Source of the DNA: Candidatus Multivoradales bacterium
GTDB lineage: Bacteria > Acidobacteriota > Thermoanaerobaculia > Multivoradales > Multivoraceae
Direction of reading: 5' to 3'
Length of the DNA: 64,000 bases
Assembly: GCA_965223325.1 (NCBI GenBank)
Contig: CBDCWI010000001.1
Coordinates: 896,001 to 960,000 of the forward strand
The notes below the pieces were generated by a model that was not told the origin of the DNA, ran no database searches, and worked only from the letters and a program-made list of their open reading frames with translations. Position numbers and translations under genes: made by a program. Position 1 is the first letter of the stretch; every line of letters starts with the position of its first letter. Shown here piece by piece: positions 38,041 to 48,388 of this stretch.

Positions 38041-39933
38041 CTACTCGCAAGTCGAGAAGGCGCTGGTATCGAGAATCGGTTGGAAGGGCACGCCGAGTTG
38101 GTTCTGGTACGCGCGAATCTCGCCGGTCAGCATGTCGACGACCTGGATATCAACCTGAACGTCGGTGAGACCGGCGGCGAACACCCAGAAACGATCGAAC
38201 TGGCGACAGGCGTCGAGCACTTTGATGACCAACTCGACGTTGTCGTTGCTGAAGAACCAGAACCAGCCGGTGTCGGCTGTCAACCGCTCGGCTGAAGCGG
38301 CGCCGGAGTCGCCGTCGCGAGTACGCCAGGTCGCACGCACGCGAAAGCGCTCGTCTTGCAGGCACGCCGTGTCGCCGGCGGTGGTGCACTCGCCGAGGAC
38401 CAGATCGTCGTCACGGATGGTGACCGTGAGCGGCGTGGCATCGAGGTTGACTCCACCCTCGCCGGCGGCAAGTAGCACCTCGAAGGTCTCATCGGGTTCT
38501 TCGATGGCGTCGTCGAGGATCGTGATTTCGGCCGTCTTCGCCCCGGCTTCCCCATCCGCCCAGAACAGCGTCACGGCGTCGGCCGCGTAGTCGACGCCAG
38601 GGTTCGCCGACCCCGCAACGGAGCGCACCTCGGCCGACACCGCGCCCTCGGTGCCTTCGCTGCGGGTGGCCACGACCAGAACACTGCCGGCACTCTCACT
38701 GACCGTCACCTGACGCTCCACTAGCGCCAGTCGGCCGGTGCTTGCACCTGTCGTCTGGACAATGCGATCGATGCGGCCAGATTCAGACACCACATAGAGC
38801 TCGCCGCTCGAGTCCTCACCGAACGACGACAACTGGGTGACCGCAATCGGCAAAAGTCTCGACGTGTAGGAAGACGTTCCCGCAAGCTGCTCGCCTGCCC
38901 AGATCGTGCCGCTGCAGTAGTCACCGTAGATGTAGCGGCCAACGAGCGCCGGAGCATCGTTGCCGCGATAGACGTAGCCGCCAGTCACCGCACACCCGCT
39001 CGAGTGGTTGTACTCGAGCACCGGAGCGGTGTAGGCCGGTGAGCCGCAGGGCGGAATCGGCCCGGGGCAGCCCGCGCTCTGGTTGCGGCACCGGCCGCCC
39101 TCCATCATCTTCCAGCCAAAGTTCTGACCACCGGCGGTTCCGAATCCGACGCGATTGACCTCTTCGCGTTGATTCTGGCCAACGTCGGCGATCCACAGAT
39201 CGCCCGACTGCCGGTCAAAACTGAAGCGCCAGGGGTTTCGCAGACCCGTTGCCCACACCTCGTCGGGTTGCTCGCCGTTGCCCACGAACGGATTGTCGGC
39301 CGGAATGCCGTGAAAGGGCGGGCTGGCGGAGTTTGTGTCGACATCGAGACGCAGCATCTTGCCCAGAAGGCCCGCGCGTTGCGCGTTGCACTGCGGGTCG
39401 TCACCCGAGCCGCCGTCGCCGGTCGCGATCCATAGCATTCCGTCGGGCCCGAACTGCAGCTGACCACCATTGTGATTGCCAAATGGTTGCCCGACGGTGA
39501 GTAACGTCACTCCGCTCCCAGGGTCTGCACGATCGGGATTCGCTCCGACCGAGTAGCGCGCAATCACCGTGTCGCCATTGGTGTCGGTGTAGTTGACGAA
39601 CAGCCAGGGAGTTTGCGGGTACTGCGGATGAAACGCAACGCTCAAGAGCCCCTGTTCGCCGCCCGATCGAACCAGCGCCGAGATGTCGAGGAACGGAACG
39701 GCCAGCAGCGAACCGTTCCTCACGACGCGCACTCGGCCCACCTTCTCGGTGACGAAGAGTCGATCGTCGTTGGCATGGGTCAAGGCCACCGGCGCCGAAA
39801 GCCCAGAGCTCAACACCAACTCGAGCTCAATGTCGGCGAAGTCATCTTGCCCAGCCACGGGAACGACGCCAGTCGCAACCCACAGAGAAACCAACACAAC
39901 AGAACGCAAACCCATCATCGGCAGCTCCCCCAT
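38041..39933 (-). CDS. Secreted PQQ-dependent glucose/sorbosone dehydrogenase + Calx-beta + conserved C-terminal domain
   Basis: GEQGLLSVAFHP, NHNGGQLQFGPDG, GLRNPWRFSFD, GGYVYRG, YGDYCSG; Calx-beta (GVDY..DDAIEEPDETF); C-terminal FWFF..NVELVIKVLDAC..FWVFAAGLTD. Confidence 0.88.
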   Translation of the reverse strand: MGELPMMGLRSVVLVSLWVATGVVPVAGQDDFADIELELVLSSGLSAPVALTHANDDRLFVTEKVGRVRVVRNGSLLAVPFLDISALVRSGGEQGLLSVAFHPQYPQTPWLFVNYTDTNGDTVIARYSVGANPDRADPGSGVTLLTVGQPFGNHNGGQLQFGPDGMLWIATGDGGSGDDPQCNAQRAGLLGKMLRLDVDTNSASPPFHGIPADNPFVGNGEQPDEVWATGLRNPWRFSFDRQSGDLWIADVGQNQREEVNRVGFGTAGGQNFGWKMMEGGRCRNQSAGCPGPIPPCGSPAYTAPVLEYNHSSGCAVTGGYVYRGNDAPALVGRYIYGDYCSGTIWAGEQLAGTSSYTSRLLPIAVTQLSSFGEDSSGELYVVSESGRIDRIVQTTGASTGRLALVERQVTVSESAGSVLVVATRSEGTEGAVSAEVRSVAGSANPGVDYAADAVTLFWADGEAGAKTAEITILDDAIEEPDETFEVLLAAGEGGVNLDATPLTVTIRDDDLVLGECTTAGDTACLQDERFRVRATWRTRDGDSGAASAERLTADTGWFWFFSNDNVELVIKVLDACRQFDRFWVFAAGLTDVQVDIQVVDMLTGEIRAYQNQLGVPFQPILDTSAFSTCE

Positions 39934-40015
39934 CAGAATCAATATGGCGCGACGCCATAGAGGATAGAAGAACCCGGCCCTCCACCGCCCGAGGAATCCC
40001 AGTTCCACCCCAGTC

Positions 40016-40059
40016 AATCGCCCGGGAATCGCCCGGGAGGCGCCCGGCGCGGGCCCGGG
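40016..40059. repeat. Four 11-bp imperfect tandem repeats in a divergent intergenic region
   Basis: AATCGCCCGGG, AATCGCCCGGG, AGGCGCCCGGC, GCGGGCCCGGG. Confidence 0.5.
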
Positions 40060-40110
40060 AGGTTTCGAATGGGCTCTTCTGGCCGTCCAGGTGTCTCCTA
40101 GAATCACTCG

Positions 40111-41310
40111 GTGTCCATTTCAGCCAGGCCGACCGAGACAGCAACCGCTCCACTCACCTGCCAGAAGAGTGAGTTTTCCCTCCCTACCGGGCGCCACTAC
40201 CTGAACTGCGCCCGCATGGCGCCACTGTCGCGGCGGGTGGCGGCCGCGGGGCACGCGGGGATTGATCGCAAGCTCGACCCCGACGCGATCGATGGTGCGA
40301 TGTTCTTCGACGAGTCGAACGACATCCGTGGCCTCTTCGCAGCTCTGATCGGCGCCGACGACCCGGAGCGCGTCGCCCTGCAGAGTGCGGCGTCTTACGG
40401 CATCGCCACTGTCGCCCGAAACACCAGGCTCGAACCCGGCCAGAACGTTGTCATGCTGGCCGAGCAGTTCCCGAGCAATGTCTACTCGTGGCACCGTCTC
40501 GCCGAAACGAACGGCGCCGCACTTCGCACCGTCGCAGCACCGGATGGCCCTTCGCAGGAACCGCGGGGAGCCCGCTGGAATGCGGACATCCTGGCCGCCA
40601 TCGACGAGGCCACCGGGCTCGTCGCGCTTCCCAATCATCACTGGTCCGACGGCACGCGCTTCGACCTTCCTTCAATTGGCGAGAAGGCACGCAGAGTCGG
40701 GGCGATGTTCGTCGTCGACGGCACCCAGTCTGTCGGAGCCGTTCCATTCGACGTCGGCCAGGTCGGTTGCGACGCTCTCATCTCTGCCGCCTACAAGACC
40801 CTCTATGGCCCCTACTCAGCCGCCCTCGCCTGGTTCGGCCCACGCTTCGACGATGGTGTCCCGCTCGAGGAGAATTGGCTCATGCGCGCCGGCAGCGAAG
40901 ACTTCGCCAACCTGGTCAACTACCGCCACGAGTACCAGCCCGGCGCGATTCGCTATGACGTTGGAGAGCGTTCGAACTTCGCCCTCAACCCGATGACCAA
41001 AGCAGCCCTCGAGGAGGTCACGGCGCGCGACCCGCAGCGCTACCAGGTCTACTGTCAGAAGCTCACCAGTGGACTGGAGGCGCGCCTCGCTCCGCTCGGC
41101 TTCACCATGGAAGAGAGTGCCTGGCGCAGCAGTCACCTCTTCGGCCTACGTTCGGCCGCCGTCGAGCCGAAGAAGGTGCAGGCCGCCCTCGCGTCACATG
41201 GCGTTTCGGTCTCGGTTCGCGGAAACGCGATCAGGGTCTCACCCGGGATCTACAACGATGAGGAAGACATCGACGCCCTGGTCGACGCCCTCTCCGACGC
41301 CGCTCGCTAG
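40111..41310 (+). CDS. PLP-dependent aminotransferase class V (cysteine desulfurase/kynureninase-like)
   Basis: YLNCA, QFPSNVYSW, VVDGTQSVGA, AAYKTLYGP (PLP Lys), IRVSPGIYNDEEDI. Confidence 0.9.
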   Translation: MSISARPTETATAPLTCQKSEFSLPTGRHYLNCARMAPLSRRVAAAGHAGIDRKLDPDAIDGAMFFDESNDIRGLFAALIGADDPERVALQSAASYGIATVARNTRLEPGQNVVMLAEQFPSNVYSWHRLAETNGAALRTVAAPDGPSQEPRGARWNADILAAIDEATGLVALPNHHWSDGTRFDLPSIGEKARRVGAMFVVDGTQSVGAVPFDVGQVGCDALISAAYKTLYGPYSAALAWFGPRFDDGVPLEENWLMRAGSEDFANLVNYRHEYQPGAIRYDVGERSNFALNPMTKAALEEVTARDPQRYQVYCQKLTSGLEARLAPLGFTMEESAWRSSHLFGLRSAAVEPKKVQAALASHGVSVSVRGNAIRVSPGIYNDEEDIDALVDALSDAAR

Positions 41311-43721
41311 GCGCGCGCCTTCTCGAGCGCCTCTTCGATGGCCAGCCGAACACGGCCCGGGGCAAGCGGCATGTCGAGATGGGTGATGCCGAGCGGCTCG
41401 AGGGCATCGATCACCGCGTTCACCACACACGGCGTTGCCCCGATGGTGCCCAACTCGCCTATCCCCTTGGCACCCAGCGGATTGAGCGGCGTTGTCGTCA
41501 CGGTGTTGGCGAGCTCGAAGCGCGGAAACGCCGGCGCTCGTGGCAGGGCGTAGTCCATCAGGCTGCCCGTCACCAGCTGACCGCCGTCGTCGTAGCGCAC
41601 CTCTTCCCACAGCGCCTGCCCGATCCCCTGCACGATGCCACCGATACGCTGGCCGTCTGAAAGGAGGGGATTGATCACGTTGCCAAAGTCGTCGGTTGCC
41701 ACATAACGCTCGAGGGAGATCGCACCGGTTTCGACGTCGACCTTCACCTCACAGAGATGAGCCCCAAAGGGATAGGTAGCGCCGGTCGGTTCGAATCGCG
41801 CCACCGCTTCGAGGCCGGGCTCCTCTCCCGGCACCGGCGTGTTCCAGAGATGCGCCATCTGCGCCACGTCACGAAAGTGCAGCGCGCGCTCGCTGTCATC
41901 GCTCCCAGCGACTCGAAAGACACCGGCATCAAAGGCGATGCGCTCCACCGGCACATCGAGATGATGGGCCGCGATGCGGCGCGCCTTGGCGTGGATTCGT
42001 ACCAACGACATATGCAACGCTGCACCACCCACCGCAATCCCACGACTTCCAAAGGTCCCGACGCCATGTTGCACGACGTCGGTGTCACCGTGGACGACGG
42101 TTACTGCCTCGACCGGCACCCCAAAGGCATCGGAGACCATCTGGGCGAACGACGTTTCCTCGCCCTGACCGTGCGGAGAGATACCGGTGAGCACCGTGAC
42201 GTTGCCACTCGGCTCGACGCGCACCGTGGCGCTTTCCCAGGTCCCCATGCGCTCGAGCGGCGACGCGTTGCTGCTCGGGCCGAGCCCGCAGACTTCGGTG
42301 AAGGTCGCGATGCCAATGCCGGTCAGATGGCCGCGAGTTCCGCCAAGAGCGGCGAAGCGGAGCCGGCCCTCCCGCTGGGCCTTCCTTGACCCGCGGTAGT
42401 CGAACATCCCGAGAGCCCGGTCGAGCGTTCGGTCGTAGTCGCCGCTGTCATAGGTGCTGCCGGTGGCGGTTGTGTAGGGGAACGCGTCACGGGCAATGAA
42501 GTTGCGCCGTCTGACTTCGACCGGATCGAGCTCTAGCCGCCGCGCCAGCTCGTCCATGATGCGCTCGATCAGGTAGGCAGCCTCCGGGCGTCCGGCTCCG
42601 CGGTAGGCCTCGGTCGCCATCGTGTTGGTGTAGACGGTGACCGTCTCCCAGGACACCGCCCCAATGTCGTAGCAGCCGCACGCCATGGAGTAGGTCGACA
42701 GGGCGATGAAGGGCCCGTAGTAGGAGCAGTAGGCGCCGACTTCTGCCACGGTACGACCACGCAGAGCGAGCACCCTCCCGGCTTCGTCGTGGGCGACCTC
42801 GACGGTTTCCAGGTGGCCGCGCCCATGGGTCGTCGCCAGTAGGTTCTCACTGCGGCTCTCGCACCACTTGACCGGTCGTTGGAGCGCCTTCGACACCCAC
42901 GACAGCAGACACTCCTCGGGGTAGACCGGGATCTTGCAACCGAAACCACCACCGACCTCGGGCGCCACCGCACGCACATTGATCTCGGGAACTCCCAGGC
43001 AGCTCGCCACCTGCTGTTTGACGTGATGCGGAGTCTGGGTCGAAACGAACACCGTGAGCTTCTGCGGGCCTTCGTCCCACTCCGCGACCACCGCACGCCC
43101 CTCCATGGGCACGGGTGCGACGCGTTGGTTCGAGAGTTCGACCTCGAACGTCCCACTCGCCGCGCGAAACAACTCGTCGGTCCTTGGATGGTCCGCCGGG
43201 ACCCGGAAGCAGATATTGGATGGAAGCTCCGGATAGACCTTCGGTGCATCGTCGGCCATCGCCGACCGCACGTCGGTGACTGCTTCGCGAGGTTCAATGT
43301 CGACGACGACCAGATCCTTCGCATCTGCCGCCTGCTGCGCCGTCTCCGCCAGCACCACAGCCACCGGCTGGCCAACGAAGCGCACATCGCCGTCGGCGAG
43401 CAGCGGATGCTCCTCTTTCGCGATGAAGGGTGCCGAAGCAATCGACGGCGTCGGGCCAACCGTGCCTTTGAGATCTTCAAAGGTGAAGGCGGCAACCACT
43501 CCGGGTGCCGCTCGCGCGACCGAGAGGTCGATCGACTGGATGCGACCGGCAGCGAAATCACTGCGCACGAAGGCGGCGTGCAGCATGTCGACACGTTTGA
43601 TGTCATCGGTATAGGTAGCCAGACCGCGAATGAGCCGCGGATCTTCACGCCGCTTGATCGGGCGGCCGACCGCGTTGGGGCGCCAGTCGGCCGCCGGCTT
43701 ACCGGTCCCGCCTGACATCAA
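41307..43721 (-). CDS. Molybdopterin-binding large subunit, xanthine dehydrogenase/form II CoxL-like
   Basis: [46 protein letters not shown]. Confidence 0.92.
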   Translation of the reverse strand: MMSGGTGKPAADWRPNAVGRPIKRREDPRLIRGLATYTDDIKRVDMLHAAFVRSDFAAGRIQSIDLSVARAAPGVVAAFTFEDLKGTVGPTPSIASAPFIAKEEHPLLADGDVRFVGQPVAVVLAETAQQAADAKDLVVVDIEPREAVTDVRSAMADDAPKVYPELPSNICFRVPADHPRTDELFRAASGTFEVELSNQRVAPVPMEGRAVVAEWDEGPQKLTVFVSTQTPHHVKQQVASCLGVPEINVRAVAPEVGGGFGCKIPVYPEECLLSWVSKALQRPVKWCESRSENLLATTHGRGHLETVEVAHDEAGRVLALRGRTVAEVGAYCSYYGPFIALSTYSMACGCYDIGAVSWETVTVYTNTMATEAYRGAGRPEAAYLIERIMDELARRLELDPVEVRRRNFIARDAFPYTTATGSTYDSGDYDRTLDRALGMFDYRGSRKAQREGRLRFAALGGTRGHLTGIGIATFTEVCGLGPSSNASPLERMGTWESATVRVEPSGNVTVLTGISPHGQGEETSFAQMVSDAFGVPVEAVTVVHGDTDVVQHGVGTFGSRGIAVGGAALHMSLVRIHAKARRIAAHHLDVPVERIAFDAGVFRVAGSDDSERALHFRDVAQMAHLWNTPVPGEEPGLEAVARFEPTGATYPFGAHLCEVKVDVETGAISLERYVATDDFGNVINPLLSDGQRIGGIVQGIGQALWEEVRYDDGGQLVTGSLMDYALPRAPAFPRFELANTVTTTPLNPLGAKGIGELGTIGATPCVVNAVIDALEPLGITHLDMPLAPGRVRLAIEEALEKARA

Positions 43722-44257
43722 CCCACCTCCTCTCGGGCGCTCGCTTGCGCGCCACCACCCGCCTGACCATCAGCGCTTCGCAGGCGCCCGAGGGCGGTCG
43801 CCGCGTCTTGTACCGCATCGACGATCTGCTGATAGCCGGTACAGCGGCAGAGATTGCCTCGCAGGCCACGGCGGATGTCGTCATCGCTCGGATCGGGCTG
43901 GTTGGCAAGGAGAGCCGTTGCGGCCATGATCATTCCCGGCGTACAGAACCCGCACTGTAGGCCGTGCTTCTCCCAGAAACCGACCTGCACTGGATGAAGC
44001 GTCTCCTCACTCGGCGCCAGGCCCTCGATCGTCGTCACGCGACATCCATCGGCCTGCACCGCCAGGGTCGTGCAACTCTTGATCGCGCGCCCGTCGAGAT
44101 GAACGGTGCATGCGCCGCAGAGCGTGGTTTCGCAACCAACGTGCGTTCCGGTCAGGCCGAGCTCGTCGCGTAGGAAGTGCACAAGGAGGGAGCGCGGTTC
44201 GACGCTCCGAGTCACTTCGTGGCCGTTGACTCGCACCGTGATCGATACCTCGTTCAT
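43718..44257 (-). CDS. (2Fe-2S) small subunit, CoxS-like
   Basis: [14 protein letters not shown] and [17 protein letters not shown]; ATG 44257. Confidence 0.93.
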   Translation of the reverse strand: MNEVSITVRVNGHEVTRSVEPRSLLVHFLRDELGLTGTHVGCETTLCGACTVHLDGRAIKSCTTLAVQADGCRVTTIEGLAPSEETLHPVQVGFWEKHGLQCGFCTPGMIMAATALLANQPDPSDDDIRRGLRGNLCRCTGYQQIVDAVQDAATALGRLRSADGQAGGGAQASAREEVG

Positions 44258-44448
44258 CTCGCACTCTCTGATCGTTGTTGTTGCACGGGCGCACTCTACG
44301 TCCTTTGCGTCGAAGGCGATCCTGGGCCACGCCGCTCGAGCGACCTTCGCCGTTGCCTTGGACTCGCAATAGGGTACGATGACGCAAATTCGCACGATCC
44401 ATCAAACGGAGACGCGGCCCTCGCCGGGTCTCGAGGAGGGCACCCATC

Positions 44449-45042
44449 TTGGATCGCCATTCAGAAGCCGAACGCAAGGACGGCGCGCGCAGTATCGCGA
44501 CAATCATCTGCGTTATCGCCGCCGCGCTCCTCTGGTCGGCTGGCCAGGCAAGCGCACAGTCGGGCGCCCATGTCGGCCTCGACGTCACAACCTGCACCTC
44601 GGGAGAGGACTGCCTGAGTTGCGATCCGGGGAACATCCCTGGCTTGCGCGTCGTCGACTCTGACGGCCAGAGCAAGGCGCGGGTCACCGTGCACTGCGAC
44701 AGACCGGGCAACCGCCGGAATCGCTGCACCGAGAACGACGGCAAGGTCTCGAAACTCCGCTGGACGATGGATGTCTCAGAGTCTGCGGGCGAAACCCTTC
44801 TGGTCACTGGCAAGACCCCGGTACCCCCGCCGGCCGGCTTCAGCCCACTCGCCTACCGCCCAGCCGCGGGCGATCGTGGCAACAGCTCCACGATCGACGT
44901 AGAAACGCGAGCCGCCAACTACCGCTACCTGCGCTTCAACAGCGACAGCGAAGCGGTCTGGCCGTATGCGCTCTACCTGCTCGACGATGAATCCAACATC
45001 ATCGCCTGCGGTGACCCGGTCATCATCATCAGGGACGGTTGA
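44449..45042 (+). CDS. Secreted Cys-containing hypothetical protein (paralog A, ends CGDPVIIIRDG)
   Basis: GAGGAGG RBS before TTG, signal peptide ending ASA-Q, clear similarity to the next ORF. Confidence 0.7.
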   Translation: MDRHSEAERKDGARSIATIICVIAAALLWSAGQASAQSGAHVGLDVTTCTSGEDCLSCDPGNIPGLRVVDSDGQSKARVTVHCDRPGNRRNRCTENDGKVSKLRWTMDVSESAGETLLVTGKTPVPPPAGFSPLAYRPAAGDRGNSSTIDVETRAANYRYLRFNSDSEAVWPYALYLLDDESNIIACGDPVIIIRDG

Positions 45043-45045
45043 TCC

Positions 45046-45651
45046 ATGTGTGAACGCACGAGAATCGTCGGCGCGCTAGCGGCAGCACTCTTTCTGGCTG
45101 GCTGTCCTGCGCAGGAAGAAACCCCACCGCCGACTCCGGCACCACCCGCGACCCCAGCACCACCGGGCGGCGGCGATCCCGCCGTCTGGAGCGCCGTCGC
45201 GGTTGCCATCGACCCTGAAGCGCGGTGCGAAGACGACCCAGCACTTCCACTTCTGGTTGCCAACCCGCCGCAACTCGAAGTCACCTGCGGCGGCGCCGGA
45301 GCTCGAAACTTCTGTGGACGCGAGACCTCGAAAGTGCGCTGGCAACTCGACCTGCCGGAAGAGCTGGCCGGTAGCGAGCTCCTGGTACGGGTCAAGGTAC
45401 CCGCGGAGATCCCGAGCGGCTACAGCCCATCGGCCTTCAGCCCACCGGCGAGTGTCGCCTCCGAAGCCGCTCAGGAGCAACAGGCCGCTCTCGTCAGCGG
45501 GTCGGTCGAGATTCTCTCGCGGCTGGCCAACCGCAGTCAACTCCGCTTCGTCGATGGTGTCGCGGTGTGGCCCTATGAGCTCGAGCTCCTCGACGCGGAG
45601 GGCAATCGAATCGCTTGTGGCGACCCGGTGATCATCATTCGCGACCTCTAG
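45046..45651 (+). CDS. Hypothetical lipoprotein (paralog B, ends CGDPVIIIRDL)
   Basis: Lipobox FLAG-C, Pro-rich tether, same conserved domain as paralog A. Confidence 0.72.
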   Translation: MCERTRIVGALAAALFLAGCPAQEETPPPTPAPPATPAPPGGGDPAVWSAVAVAIDPEARCEDDPALPLLVANPPQLEVTCGGAGARNFCGRETSKVRWQLDLPEELAGSELLVRVKVPAEIPSGYSPSAFSPPASVASEAAQEQQAALVSGSVEILSRLANRSQLRFVDGVAVWPYELELLDAEGNRIACGDPVIIIRDL

Positions 45652-45687
45652 CGGCGCGCCTCCCTCGAGTTTCCCGTCACTCGAGCG

Positions 45688-48330
45688 TCAGGGATCGGCG
45701 CGTTCGAGAAGCTCGACAAAGCGCGCATTCTCTCGCAGAGCGGCGAGTTCTTCGTCACCGCGAAGGCGCTCCGGCGGCGCCCCCAGTTCCAACGCCCGCG
45801 CGATGGCCACGTTGGCCTCACGGGTCGCACCACAGGCAGCGAAGATCTTGGCCACTCCGGTGTAGGCCAACTCGCCGTTCAAGGCGCTCTTCTCCGCCAT
45901 CAGCTTCGAACCCAGGGCCACCGCGTCGGAGCAATGCCCCGCCTTGGCGAGATAGCGCGCGCGCCCCAGCTGCCAGCCGGTGTTGGCGGGGAAGACGGCC
46001 ACCCGATCGTTGAGGATCGAGAGCGCCTTCTCGTACTCGAGCTGCGCCGCCTCGGGTTGGCCGAGGGCCATCAGGGCATCGCCCAGGTTGCCGTGGTGCA
46101 CGTCGCCTCCCGGTGACAGGGTGACTGCCAACTGGTAGTAGGTGCGGGCGGTTTCGTAGTCCCCGCGAAAGAAGTACACCGTGCCGATATTGGAGGCGTG
46201 ATCGGCATCGACGATCGGGCCGTCAAAGTCTTCGATCAGCGCCATCGCTTTGTCGAGGTCGAAAGAAACCAGGTAGACGGCCAGTGCGTTGGCGACCGGT
46301 TCTGGGCGTTGGGGGTCGAGTTCGTGGGCGCGCTCGAGGGCACGCACCGCCCCCTCATGATCGCCTTGGCGCTCGAGGTAGGTCCCCCACTGCCACCAGC
46401 CGCGCCACCAGTCGGGACGCTCCTCGATGACCGAGAGAAACCCGGCCCGTGCCTCGACCTCGCGCCCCGCCCGGGCATCGAGCTTGGCGCGCTCGAGCGT
46501 TCTGACCACCTGCCCTAGCGCCTCAGACTGCTCGCTCAACTCGTCAACAGCAGGGTCCAGAGCAGTCCGCTCCTCGGCGCGCTCCAACCAGCGAGCAGCC
46601 TCGGCATCATCCCCTGCGAAACGGTAGGCACGCGCTAGCACCAGGCTGGCCTCGGGGAGCTGCGGCGCCAGGTCGGCTGCCCGCTGGCCGGCGCTCAAGG
46701 CCAACTGCAGCGTATCGGTACTGCGATCGGCGGCGTGGCGCTGCACCGCGACCTCGGCCAGGGCCGCCCAGGCCAGCGCCAGATCGGGAGCAAGCTGGGT
46801 GGCACGCTCGAGATAGGTCGTCGCCACCTCGAGATCTCCAGGGCCACCGGCGTCGAGAAACTGCAACCCCTTGAGGTACGCACTCCACGCCTCTTCCGAG
46901 GCCGCAACCCCGACCAGCTGCGGAGACGAGGGGCCCGGCTCGATGAGTTGCCGGGCGACGCTTTCGATAATGCGCTCGCGCAGCCGCGCCGAGGCCCTCT
47001 CGGGCTCAACGAAGGTGTCCTGCCACAGAATGTCGCCCGCCGGGAGTTCAACCAGTTCGACCCCTGCGGTGATCTCTCCTTCGTGCTTCGACAGGTACCC
47101 TTCGATCACGAGATCTGCGCCGAGGTCAGCCTCGAGACGATCGTAACGATCGGGCAGATCGACAAGACCGTTGGTTCTGCCATGAGCCAGAACCCGGATC
47201 TCGTCGACCGCCGAGAAGGCGCTGCCAATGGTGCGTGACAGGTAGGCGTACGACGGCTCACCGGTGTCGTTGGTAAAGGGCAGGATCGCCAGGCGACGCG
47301 GGGCATCGGCCACTTCAGCGCTGGTCGTGTTCGAGGGCAGCATCGGCCGACTGAAGGCAGCGCTGTCGACCGCCCGCCAGACCAGCGCCGAACCGAAGGC
47401 AATGGCCGCAATCATGCCGAGAGCGACGCCAGCGAGGCGCACGTTGGGGGAGATGCGCGGCTGGGGCGGCAGGGCCAGCCGCGATGCATCCGTTGCGGTG
47501 GCGCCCGAGATCGCGCGCAGCGCGTCCAGGGCGTCGGCTGCCGATGGGTAACGGTCTTCTCGATCGAAGGCGGCGAGTCGACCGATCACCGGGGCGAGCG
47601 GTGAACCGGCGGCGAGTGAACGACGCGCCTCTTCTGCCATCACGACGTCACGAAGGGCGCCTAGATACTCGGCGAAACTGCGCGGTGTCACTGCGCGCTT
47701 GCCAGTTGCTGCTTCGTAGAGCGTCATACCGAGCGAGAACAAGTCTGCTCGGCCATCGACCGCTTCACCGCGTGCCTGCTCGGGAGCCATGTAGGGAATC
47801 GACCCCACGGCTGCACCGATGCGTGTCAAGGCGATTTCGGTGCCCGCGTCATCGCTCGAAGCGCCCACCACCCGCGCCAGCCCAAAGTCGAGCACCTTGA
47901 CACTGCCATCGGGCGCGACGCGAATGTTGCCCGGCTTGAGATCACGATGCACGATGCCGGCTTCGTGCGCGACGGCCAACGCTTCGCAGACGATCGCACC
48001 AATGCGAATGACCTCGGGCTCGGAAAGAGCACCGCGTTCGATCAGGTCGGCGAGATCTTCGCCCTCGACCAGCTCCATGGCGAGAAAGAGCTGCGCTGGA
48101 TCTGTCGCCTCACCGAAGTCGAAGACGGTAGCGATCGCCGGATGGTTGAGAGCCGCGGCGGCACGTGCCTCGCGCAGGAAGCGCTCGCGGCGCTCGGGAT
48201 CTGAACGCACAGATTCCGGCAGCAGCTTGACCGCCACCAGGCGATCGAGCACCGCGTCGTGGGCACGATGGACTTCGCCCATGCCACCCCGGCCGAGCGG
48301 ATCCAGGAGTCGATACCTATCCTGTAGCAG
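45688..48330 (-). CDS. Hanks-type Ser/Thr protein kinase with TM helix, TolB-N-like domain and TPR repeats
   Basis: RYRLLDPLGRGGMGEV, VAVK, HRDLKPGN, DFGLA, YMAPE; TM; LAILPFTN; TPRs. The Gly-loop lies upstream of the first ATG (48282), so the start is uncertain. Confidence 0.9.
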   Translation of the reverse strand: MLQDRYRLLDPLGRGGMGEVHRAHDAVLDRLVAVKLLPESVRSDPERRERFLREARAAAALNHPAIATVFDFGEATDPAQLFLAMELVEGEDLADLIERGALSEPEVIRIGAIVCEALAVAHEAGIVHRDLKPGNIRVAPDGSVKVLDFGLARVVGASSDDAGTEIALTRIGAAVGSIPYMAPEQARGEAVDGRADLFSLGMTLYEAATGKRAVTPRSFAEYLGALRDVVMAEEARRSLAAGSPLAPVIGRLAAFDREDRYPSAADALDALRAISGATATDASRLALPPQPRISPNVRLAGVALGMIAAIAFGSALVWRAVDSAAFSRPMLPSNTTSAEVADAPRRLAILPFTNDTGEPSYAYLSRTIGSAFSAVDEIRVLAHGRTNGLVDLPDRYDRLEADLGADLVIEGYLSKHEGEITAGVELVELPAGDILWQDTFVEPERASARLRERIIESVARQLIEPGPSSPQLVGVAASEEAWSAYLKGLQFLDAGGPGDLEVATTYLERATQLAPDLALAWAALAEVAVQRHAADRSTDTLQLALSAGQRAADLAPQLPEASLVLARAYRFAGDDAEAARWLERAEERTALDPAVDELSEQSEALGQVVRTLERAKLDARAGREVEARAGFLSVIEERPDWWRGWWQWGTYLERQGDHEGAVRALERAHELDPQRPEPVANALAVYLVSFDLDKAMALIEDFDGPIVDADHASNIGTVYFFRGDYETARTYYQLAVTLSPGGDVHHGNLGDALMALGQPEAAQLEYEKALSILNDRVAVFPANTGWQLGRARYLAKAGHCSDAVALGSKLMAEKSALNGELAYTGVAKIFAACGATREANVAIARALELGAPPERLRGDEELAALRENARFVELLERADP

Positions 48331-48388
48331 ACGCCTCGCCCCCCTCTGGACGAAAGTTGTGCAGGCCCGAGAAAGAAACCTAACACGC

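Noticed and set aside
41307-43721. True aerobic CO dehydrogenase (coxL form I)
   Set aside because: The active-site loop is AYRGAGR and lacks the Cu-binding Cys motif.
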